Shown here: in pieces, positions 53,692-61,681 of the stretch | How the letters are laid out: each line of letters begins with the position of its first letter | Numbering within the stretch: the first letter of the stretch is position 1 | Assembly (NCBI GenBank): GCA_035482695.1 | Contig: DATHQM010000054.1 | Coordinates: 460 to 64,459 of the forward strand | Reading direction: 5' to 3' | From: Steroidobacteraceae bacterium | GTDB taxonomy: Bacteria > Pseudomonadota > Gammaproteobacteria > Steroidobacterales > Steroidobacteraceae | DNA length: 64,000 bases | Position numbers and translations under genes: made by a program | The notes under the pieces: generated by a model | Told to the model about the DNA's origin: nothing | Databases searched by the model: none | Seen by the model: the letters and a program-made list of their open reading frames with translations, nothing else

Positions 53692-54555
53692 CTAGCTGCG
53701 CGGCGCGGCTGTGAGCGCGTCGGCATGGAAGCGCAGGTGATCCTCGACGAAGCTGGCGATGAAGTAATAGTCGTGACCGTAGCCCTCGTGGCGGCGCAAT
53801 AGCAGCGGTTGGGCGGCGCTGGCGCAGGCCTGCTCCAGCAGCTCCGGCAACAGCTGACCCTGTGGCAGGAACTTGTCGGCCAGCCCCTGGTCGACCAGCA
53901 GCCGCGGAAACAGCGGCGCGCGGCGCGCGCTGATCAGCTCCACCGCGTCGTAGCTCGCCCAGGCGGCCGTGTCCTCGCCGAGATAGCGCGGCAGCGCCTT
54001 GCGGCCCCACGGGCAGCGGGTCGGCGAGCAGATCGGCGCGAAGGCGGAGACCGAGCGGTAGACATCCGGGTTTCTGAACGCCAGCACCAGCGCGCCGTGC
54101 CCGCCCATCGAGTGGCCGAAGATTCCCAGCTGGCGGGGATTGCCCGGGAAGCGGCCGAGCACCGTCTCGCGCAGCTCCTTGAGCACGTAGTCGTACATGC
54201 GGAAGTTGCGCGACCAGGGCGGCTGGGTCGCATTCAGGTAGAAGCCCGCGCCGGCGCCGAACTCCCAGTCATCCGCCTCGCCGGGAATGCCGGTGTTGCG
54301 CGGGCTGGTGTCGCAGGTGACCAGCATCAGGCCGAGCTGCGCAGCGACGCGCTGCGCGCCCGCCTTGATGGCGAAGGTCTCCTCGGTACAGGTCAGCCCG
54401 GCGAGGTAGAACAGCACCGGCACCGCGCGCTGCTGCGCCTGCGGCGGCTGGTAGACGGCAAAGCGCATCGGCGTACCCGTCACCTGCGAGTCGTGGCGGT
54501 AGAAGCCCTGCAGGCCGTCGAAGCTCTTATGCTCGCTGATCGTTTCGAGTGTCAT
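53692..54555 (-). CDS. fghA: S-formylglutathione hydrolase (esterase D)
   Basis: MTLETISEHKSFDGLQGFYRHDS...VLFYLAGLTCTEETF...GIFGHSMGGHGAL...GYGHDYYFI is canonical FghA/FrmB sequence. ATG 54555. Confidence 0.92.
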   Translation of the reverse strand: MTLETISEHKSFDGLQGFYRHDSQVTGTPMRFAVYQPPQAQQRAVPVLFYLAGLTCTEETFAIKAGAQRVAAQLGLMLVTCDTSPRNTGIPGEADDWEFGAGAGFYLNATQPPWSRNFRMYDYVLKELRETVLGRFPGNPRQLGIFGHSMGGHGALVLAFRNPDVYRSVSAFAPICSPTRCPWGRKALPRYLGEDTAAWASYDAVELISARRAPLFPRLLVDQGLADKFLPQGQLLPELLEQACASAAQPLLLRRHEGYGHDYYFIASFVEDHLRFHADALTAAPRS

Positions 54556-54852
54556 CTCAATCCCCGTCGGCTCCCTCGCACCTGCGGCACGCATTATGAA
54601 TCTGAACGGGCGCCGCGGTCTTGCGCTCGCTTGCGCCGCGCACGCCGCAGGTCATGTCACGGCTGGCTCAGGCGTGCCACATTGGACACACCGCGCTGCG
54701 CGCCTGTGACAGCGTGCCGGTCCGCGGGGTATATTTTTTGCGCACCGACTGCGGCGCACCGCTGTCGCGCATGGCGGCACGCCGTTAGTCGGTGCGTGCG
54801 ACGACGATGGCCGGGCACGGCCGCCATCCCCCTGGCGGCCGTGCCCCGGCAA

Positions 54853-54878
54853 GTGCGCGCGCTGGGCAGCGCGCGCAC
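54853..54878 (-). terminator. 12-bp perfect inverted repeat immediately after the TonB-dependent receptor gene
   Basis: GTGCGCGCGCTG-GG-CAGCGCGCGCAC, 15 nt downstream of the stop at 54893. Only a short TT follows on the transcribed strand. Confidence 0.5.
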
Positions 54879-54892
54879 CGCCGGTGCCGCCC

Positions 54893-57385
54893 TCACTCGG
54901 CCGACTGCGATACCTTGCCGAAGCGGTAGTTCAGGCGGATGCCGAACACGCGCGGCTCGTTGGTGGTCAGGCGCAGATCGAAGTTACCGGTGTTGCTGTA
55001 GATGATCGCGTTCTTGTCGGTGAGATTGTCGACATAGAGCTCAGCCAGCCATCTGGAATCCGGCGGCGTGAGCCCGAAGCGCAGATTCATGATGGTGTAA
55101 GACGGCTGCAGGATGCGCGGCAACCCGGTGTTCGGATCATTGGGATTCAGGCCGTTGTACATGTCGCCCTTGTGGGCCATGTCGAACTGCAGGTAGCCGC
55201 GCAGGTTCGCCTGCACCGGGTGCTCGTAGCGCGCATTCCAGCTCCAGCTGAAGTACGGCGCGAACGGCAGACGCTCGCCGACGTACGCCTGGTAGGCCGG
55301 GGTGATCGTGGAGGTCACGCTCGCCTGCGTGTAGTTGACGGAGGCCTGGAGTGTCAGGTCGTCGGTGAGGCGGTAGTCGGTGTTCGATTCCGCCCCGTAG
55401 ATGCGCGCCTCGCCGACGTTGATGTTGTAGCTCGAGGTGGGACAAACCAGCGCGTTATAGATCAGCGCCTGGAGGTCCTTCCAGTCCATGTAATAAGCCG
55501 CGCCGTTCCACAGCAGCCGATTTTCCAGGCTGGTCGACTTCCAGCCAATCTCGTAGTTGTTGAGTGTGTCCGGGTTGTAGCCCAGCGGCACCCCGGAGGC
55601 GTAGCAGCCCTGGGGTCCGGCGGGCAGCCCGGCGTTCGAGCCCCCGGGGCGGAAGCCCTGGGCCCAGTCGGCGTACATCATGACGTGATCGGTGAAGCGG
55701 TAGCTGACACCTGCCTTGCCATCCACCTTGTGCGAAGTGCTGGTGAAGTCGCTCGGAGTGTTGGGGGCATAAGCGAAGCCCAGAATCGGCGTGTCGTACT
55801 CTTCGTTGTCGTGGAAATGCACCACGCCCGCCTCCACGTTGAGCTTGTCGGTGACATCGAAATTGATGTTCGCGAACTCCGTGCTCTGCACGATGTGGGA
55901 GGTCTCGGTGTACGTGTACCAGACACCAGGCGCGAGCGTGCTGTGGGTCAGGTTGTAAGACGCTAGCGCCGCCTGAAACGCCGCACCCTGGTACTGAAGT
56001 CCCGGCATGTAATAGGTGTTGTTGTAGTTCTGGTCATTGGTCCGCTCCCAGTAGAGCCCCGCCAGCCAGTGCAAGCGACCTCCGGCCTTTGAAGAGAGCC
56101 GCAGCTCGTTCGACCAGCGCTGCGGGTCGACGTTGTAGGAGTAGTACTGCGTCGCCGGCTTACATCCCGTGTAGGGGCCAGTGCCGTAGTAGGGATCATT
56201 CAGGCAGGTGTAGCCCTCCTGGGTGCCGGGGAAGCCCCCACCGGGGGCACCGGCGTTGAAGTTCTGCTCGTATTGCGAGTATTCGTCCCACTGCCGTCGC
56301 TCCTGGTTCCAGTAAGTGCTGGCGAACACCAGATCGCCGATGCCCACGTCCCCGTCCACGTGAAAATCGACCATGTTCGTCTCGAACAGATTTTGCTCGG
56401 GACCAAAGCGCGCGACCGTGCGCGGCTGCAACGTCGGATCCTCGTCCCAGGCGCCATTGGTGTGCTGGCGCTGGAAGGCGTAGGTGAGCAGCGCACTCCA
56501 GCCCTCGCTGAACACCGCCTTGAGCGCCGCGCGGCCGCCTTCCATGTTCTCGCGGTTGTAGTCGTTGCCCGCCCACGCGGCGTTGTTCGAGACGGCACCG
56601 TTGACCCAGGTGCGGGTCACCAGCTCGTTGTTGATGAATCCGCCGTTATCGACGCTGAAGGCGGACGCGCGAAAGCCGAGAACCCCGTCGATGACGGGGA
56701 TGTTCACGAACCCCTCGTAGGTCTGGTTGTTCTGACCGCCCTGGATCTTGCCGCCGTCGAGGTCGACGCCGGCACTGAAGGCATGCACGTCGGGCTTGTT
56801 GGTGATGTAACGGATCGCGCCCGACATGGCACCGGCACCGTAGGTCGTGCCCTGCGGGCCGTTCAGCACCTCGATGCGCTCGATGTCGTAGAGGTGCAGG
56901 TCCGGCTGGGCCCCACCGTAGCTCATCGACAGGTCATCAACGAAGAAGCCGGTGGAAGAGGTGTTCGCGTAGTTGGGGTTGCTGCCGTCGGACACGCCGC
57001 GCATGACGAACAGCTGGGTTCCGGGGCCGGTGCTGATATACGAGATGGACGGCACCTTCTGCAGGTAGTCGTCCATGTTGGTGATCGCGAGGTTGGACAG
57101 GTCCTTCTGGGTGAAGACGTTGATGCTGATGGGAACGATCTGCAGGTTCTCTTCGACCTTGCGCGCCGTGACCACCACCTCCTGCAGGCCAGCCCCGGAA
57201 GCGCCGGAAGGTTCTGCCGCCGCTGCGTCCGCGAGTGCGGGCGCAGGCCGCAGCGCGATGCCGGCCAGCGCGGTGGCGACTGCAAGACCAATCCTCGAGC
57301 CACGTGGCAGTCTCGCGGACACCCTGGGAACGCAATGCGCCGCAGACTTACGGCTACGTGAATGCATCAGAGCAACCCCCCGCAT
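54893..57385 (-). CDS. TonB-dependent outer-membrane receptor
   Basis: Signal peptide, plug region LQEVVVTARKVEENLQIVPISINVF...IERIEVLNGPQGTTYGAGAMSGAIRYI, and a long beta-barrel. Alternative start at 57367. Confidence 0.9.
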   Translation of the reverse strand: MRGVALMHSRSRKSAAHCVPRVSARLPRGSRIGLAVATALAGIALRPAPALADAAAAEPSGASGAGLQEVVVTARKVEENLQIVPISINVFTQKDLSNLAITNMDDYLQKVPSISYISTGPGTQLFVMRGVSDGSNPNYANTSSTGFFVDDLSMSYGGAQPDLHLYDIERIEVLNGPQGTTYGAGAMSGAIRYITNKPDVHAFSAGVDLDGGKIQGGQNNQTYEGFVNIPVIDGVLGFRASAFSVDNGGFINNELVTRTWVNGAVSNNAAWAGNDYNRENMEGGRAALKAVFSEGWSALLTYAFQRQHTNGAWDEDPTLQPRTVARFGPEQNLFETNMVDFHVDGDVGIGDLVFASTYWNQERRQWDEYSQYEQNFNAGAPGGGFPGTQEGYTCLNDPYYGTGPYTGCKPATQYYSYNVDPQRWSNELRLSSKAGGRLHWLAGLYWERTNDQNYNNTYYMPGLQYQGAAFQAALASYNLTHSTLAPGVWYTYTETSHIVQSTEFANINFDVTDKLNVEAGVVHFHDNEEYDTPILGFAYAPNTPSDFTSTSHKVDGKAGVSYRFTDHVMMYADWAQGFRPGGSNAGLPAGPQGCYASGVPLGYNPDTLNNYEIGWKSTSLENRLLWNGAAYYMDWKDLQALIYNALVCPTSSYNINVGEARIYGAESNTDYRLTDDLTLQASVNYTQASVTSTITPAYQAYVGERLPFAPYFSWSWNARYEHPVQANLRGYLQFDMAHKGDMYNGLNPNDPNTGLPRILQPSYTIMNLRFGLTPPDSRWLAELYVDNLTDKNAIIYSNTGNFDLRLTTNEPRVFGIRLNYRFGKVSQSAE

Positions 57386-57515
57386 ACATTATCTGGCACC
57401 TCGCGCATCCTTGGCCCGAATCGAGCCAAAGACGCCAGCCCGATCATCCTTTGAGCCGGGGCTCTTAGTCAACGATCGTTCAACAAGGAGTGAGGCTGAT
57501 GCAGAGGCGGCAGTC

Positions 57516-59510
57516 TCACTCGAAGCGTTCCAGGCAGTCGCCGAGCGCACGTCGCAGCGGTTCAAGCTCGGCTGCGAAATGCCGCCAGTAGTCTACCCCG
57601 GAGGTGTAAAGGGGCTGGCGCACCTGTTCGGCGCTCGCGGTGCGCACCGAACGGCGCGTCTCGTGGAATTTCAGGCACGCGGGTTCGAATTCGAGCCCGC
57701 AGTGCTCGAGCAGGCGGCGGATGTGCAGTTGCGGCTCGCGCACCAGTTCCTCGTACTGCACGTGCAGCACCCGGCCAGGGAGCACCGCGTCCCAGTGGTC
57801 CATCAACGACAGGTAGCAGCGGTAATACCGGCCGAGGTCCTCGAGGGCGTAGCTGAAGCCTTGCCCCTCGGCAAAGTGCTGCTTGAAGGTGCTGAAGCAC
57901 GCATCCAGCGGATGGCGGCGCGCGTCGATGAGGATCGCCCCTGGCAGGATGGCGTGAATCAGTCCGATATGACTGAAATTATTGGGCATCTTGTCGCTGA
58001 AATGGTCACGCCCCGAGCGCAGCAGCGGCGCGGTCTCCTCGAGGTATCGCGCTCCGAGCGCGGTGAGCTGCGCCGGCGTGGCCACTCTCACGGTCTCGGG
58101 ATAGCCGTCGCGTGTCGCAGCCATCTCGTCGAACTGCGCGACGATATTGAGGATATTCGGCAGCTCCATGGTGCCTTCGACCCGCGAGTGGCTGGCGAGG
58201 ATCTGCTCGATGAGCGTCGAGCCCGAGCGCGGCAGCCCGACGATGAAGATCGGGGCGGGACTTGGGTTCCCGCTGCCCGCGCGCCCGGCGAAGAATGCCG
58301 CAGCGAAGACTGCACGGATGCGCTCGCTGCGGCGCTCGAACTGCGCGATATCGAACGGCGCATCGAGGCGGCGCAGCGCGTTGCCCCTGGCGTAGTGGGC
58401 GAATGCCCGCGCGTATTCCTGCCGCTGCTCGAAAGCCCTGCCGAGCGCAAAATGCAGTTGCGCCTCATTCGAGCGCCCGCGCTTGTCGCGCTCGAGCAGC
58501 TGCTGCATGGCCGCGATCTCCTCGTCGCTGAAGGTGTAGTTCTTCAGATCAGCGAGACTCCAATAGGCCTCGGCAATGCCCGGATCCATCTGCAGCGCCG
58601 CCTTGTAGGAGGCCTCGCTCTCGCGGCGCTTGCCGAGCGTTTTTTGCACGTGTCCGGCCGAGACGCGCAACCCCACCTCATCGGGCTTCAGATCCGCCGC
58701 CCGCTCATAGGCTCGCAGCGCCTCCTCCTGGCGCATGAGCCGCGTCGCTACGGCGGCGATCGTGACCCAGGTCTGCGGGCTGCCCGGCTCGATCCTCTCC
58801 AGATGATGCGCGGCAGCTTCCGCCTCCTTCAGGCGCCCGAGCCGGATGAGTGCGGTGCCGAGTCCGCGGTACGCGAGCGGGACATAGGCGGACTGCTTGA
58901 GCGCATGACGCAGTAACCGCTCGGTATCGAGGGCGCGGTCGGCGGCGAGAGACAGCGCGGCCAGCCCACAGAGCGCTGCGACGTGACTCGGATCCTCCTG
59001 CAGAATCCCGCGAAACAATTCCTCCGCCTTCCTGCGCTCGTCGGCGACCAGCGCCGCGGTGGCGGCTTCGATCTGCGGTCGGTACGGATCCGTGAGCCGC
59101 GCCCGCTCGAACGCCACGGCTGCCTCACGGTACTGATCGAGATCGACCAGCACGTCGCCGTACGCCAGCCAGGCGCGGTGGTGATGCGGCATCGTCGCGA
59201 GGACGCGCCGCACTTCTTCGCGAGCCTGCGCGGCGCGGCCGGCGCGGCGGCAGGCACGCGCCAGGTCCACCCGCGCGTCGGCGAACCCGGGGGCGCGTGC
59301 GACCACGCTCTCGAGAAGAGCGACGCTCTCGGCCACCTTGTCCTGATCGAGGAGCGCCACGCCGAGGAGCCACTGGCAGTTCACCTCCCCGGGGAACTGT
59401 GCCTCGAGCGCACGCAGCAGCCGTTCCGCGGTCGCCGCCCGGCCGGCAAGCAGCGCGGCGTGCGCGCGGCGGCGGCCCTCCTCGAAACTGCGCGGCTGCG
59501 GCGTGTTCAT
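57516..59510 (-). CDS. TPR-repeat protein with C-terminal sulfotransferase domain
   Basis: About 8 TPR-like repeats in the N-terminal 330 aa, then the PAPS-binding loop IFIVGLPRSGSTLIEQIL and a downstream sulfotransferase-like core. Confidence 0.85.
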   Translation of the reverse strand: MNTPQPRSFEEGRRRAHAALLAGRAATAERLLRALEAQFPGEVNCQWLLGVALLDQDKVAESVALLESVVARAPGFADARVDLARACRRAGRAAQAREEVRRVLATMPHHHRAWLAYGDVLVDLDQYREAAVAFERARLTDPYRPQIEAATAALVADERRKAEELFRGILQEDPSHVAALCGLAALSLAADRALDTERLLRHALKQSAYVPLAYRGLGTALIRLGRLKEAEAAAHHLERIEPGSPQTWVTIAAVATRLMRQEEALRAYERAADLKPDEVGLRVSAGHVQKTLGKRRESEASYKAALQMDPGIAEAYWSLADLKNYTFSDEEIAAMQQLLERDKRGRSNEAQLHFALGRAFEQRQEYARAFAHYARGNALRRLDAPFDIAQFERRSERIRAVFAAAFFAGRAGSGNPSPAPIFIVGLPRSGSTLIEQILASHSRVEGTMELPNILNIVAQFDEMAATRDGYPETVRVATPAQLTALGARYLEETAPLLRSGRDHFSDKMPNNFSHIGLIHAILPGAILIDARRHPLDACFSTFKQHFAEGQGFSYALEDLGRYYRCYLSLMDHWDAVLPGRVLHVQYEELVREPQLHIRRLLEHCGLEFEPACLKFHETRRSVRTASAEQVRQPLYTSGVDYWRHFAAELEPLRRALGDCLERFE

Positions 59511-59592
59511 GCAGCTAGTCTGCCGCGCCCCAGGACCTCAGGCTACACTCGCGCGCTGCCGTGCCGGTACGGCAACACCGCCGCGAGATCCC

Positions 59593-61656
59593 GTGCGTTA
59601 CGCCCACTTCCCGCCCTACGCTCTTGCCCTCCTCGTGTGCCTTGCACCTGCTGCCTGGGCCGGACGTGCCCTCACGCCCGAGGACTGGTATCGCTTCAAG
59701 GATGTCTCCGATCTCACCATGGCGCCCGACGGGAAGGCGGTCGCGTACCTGGTGACGACTTACGACCAGGCATCCGACCAGAGCCGCAGCGCGCTGTGGC
59801 TGGCGGACTGGGCGGGCAACGGCAGCGTCGAGCTCACCCGCGGTGAGAGCGTCAGCGAGCCACGCTTCAGCCCCGACGGCCGCTACATCAGCTTCCTGGC
59901 AGCGCGGCCGGCGGACGCCGCGACGCAGCTATACCTCCTCGACCGGCGTGGCGGCGAGCCGCAGCAGCTCACGCACGTGAACGGCGTGATCACGAGCTAC
60001 CAGTGGGCACCGGACGGCCGGCGGCTCGTGCTGGTCATGCACGGCAGCGACGCCGATGCGCCGGAGGCGCGCAGCGGCGCTGAGGCCCGCGGCGGCGGCG
60101 ATGCGCCGCGGCCGCTGGTGATCGACGCGTTCCATTTCAAGCAGGACAAGGACGGCTATCTCACGGCGGAGTCGCGCACGCACCTGTGCCTGCTCGAAGT
60201 CGCCGGCGGCCCCTGCCGGGCTCTGGCAGCTGATGCGCTGCGCGCGGATTCCGCGCCGGCATTCTCTCCCGACGGCAAGCAGATCGCCTTCGTCGGCAAC
60301 CGTGACGACAGTGCGCGCCAGCTGGGCCGGGATGAGATCCTGCTGGTGGCCGCGGAACCCGGCGCGCAGCCGCGCCGGCTGCTCACCACCTGGTCGCCCA
60401 ACCACCAGCACCTCGAGTGGAGTCCCGACGGCACGCTCGTCGCGTTCCTTGAGGGCGACGAGCCGCGCTACAACGCGTACATGATGGATCGCCTCGCGCT
60501 CATCGAGGTGAGCTCGGGCGGCGTGCGGCAGCTGACCGGCAGCCTCGACCGCGCGGTGCTGTCGCCGGTCTTCAGCGCGGACGGGCAGGCGATCGAGTTT
60601 GCGGTCGAGGACGACGGCTACCAGTACCCGGCGCAGATCGCGCTCGCGGGCGGCGCGCTCAAGCGTCTCGCCGGCCCGATCGTGGTGGAGGAGCTCGCCG
60701 CGGCGGCCGGACACACCGCGGTGCTGTCCTCCTCCGACCGCGCCCCGGTGGAGGTGTATGCGCTCGAGGAAGGCAGACTGCGGCCGCTGAGCGCCCACAA
60801 CCAGGCGCTATTCGCCGAGCTCGCGCTCGGCACCGTCGAGGACATCACGTTCAAGACCCGCGACGGCACGCCGATCCACGGACAGCAGATCGTGCCGCCG
60901 GATTTCGTGCGCGGCAGGCGCTATCCGACGATCGTATGGATCCACGGCGGACCGAACGGCCAGGACGACCACTCGCTCGAGCTCGCAGGCTACGGGCCAC
61001 CGCTCGAGCGGCAGCTGTTCGCCACGCATGGCTACGTGGTGCTGGCGATCAATTATCGCGGCGGCACCGGCCGCGGCGCGCAGTTTGCCCGCAGCATCGC
61101 CGGCGACTGGGGGCACAAGGAGGTCGAGGACCTGCTGGCGGGCGTGGACTACGCGATCGCGGCCGGTATTGCCGATCCGGCGCGGCTCGGAGTCGGCGGC
61201 TGGAGCTACGGCGGGCTGCTCACCGACTACACGATCGCGAGTGACCGGCGCTTCAAGGCCGCCATCGCCGGCGCCGGCAGCGGCAACCAGCTCTCGACCT
61301 ACGGCAGCGATGAGTACCTGCTGCAGTACAACGCGGAGCTCGGGCCGCCCTGGCGCACCACCGCGTTGTGGCTGAAGGTGTCCTACCCGTTCATCCACGC
61401 GGATCGCATCCGCACGCCCACGCTGTTCTTAGGCGGCGACCGCGACTTCAACGTGCCGATCGGCGGGGGCGAGCAGATGTACCAGGCGCTGCGCACCCTC
61501 GGTGTGCCGGCGCAGCTGATCGTTTATCCGGGCGAGTACCACGTGCTCACCCGCCCGAGCTTCCTGGTGGATCGCTCGCGGCGCTACCTCGAGTGGATGG
61601 ATAAGTACCTGCGCAGCGAGGCGGCGGCAGCGCCCGCCTCGACGCCTGAGCGGTGA
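59593..61656 (+). CDS. S9 family serine peptidase (TolB-like beta-propeller + prolyl oligopeptidase-type hydrolase)
   Basis: Signal peptide after GTG 59593 (YALALLVCLAPAAWA). Repeated SPDG propeller motifs. Catalytic GGWSYGG, GDRDFNVP and EYHV. The track start at 59503 is less likely. Confidence 0.85.
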   Translation: MRYAHFPPYALALLVCLAPAAWAGRALTPEDWYRFKDVSDLTMAPDGKAVAYLVTTYDQASDQSRSALWLADWAGNGSVELTRGESVSEPRFSPDGRYISFLAARPADAATQLYLLDRRGGEPQQLTHVNGVITSYQWAPDGRRLVLVMHGSDADAPEARSGAEARGGGDAPRPLVIDAFHFKQDKDGYLTAESRTHLCLLEVAGGPCRALAADALRADSAPAFSPDGKQIAFVGNRDDSARQLGRDEILLVAAEPGAQPRRLLTTWSPNHQHLEWSPDGTLVAFLEGDEPRYNAYMMDRLALIEVSSGGVRQLTGSLDRAVLSPVFSADGQAIEFAVEDDGYQYPAQIALAGGALKRLAGPIVVEELAAAAGHTAVLSSSDRAPVEVYALEEGRLRPLSAHNQALFAELALGTVEDITFKTRDGTPIHGQQIVPPDFVRGRRYPTIVWIHGGPNGQDDHSLELAGYGPPLERQLFATHGYVVLAINYRGGTGRGAQFARSIAGDWGHKEVEDLLAGVDYAIAAGIADPARLGVGGWSYGGLLTDYTIASDRRFKAAIAGAGSGNQLSTYGSDEYLLQYNAELGPPWRTTALWLKVSYPFIHADRIRTPTLFLGGDRDFNVPIGGGEQMYQALRTLGVPAQLIVYPGEYHVLTRPSFLVDRSRRYLEWMDKYLRSEAAAAPASTPER

Positions 61657-61681
61657 GGCACTGGCGCGCGCGCCGCGGCAC

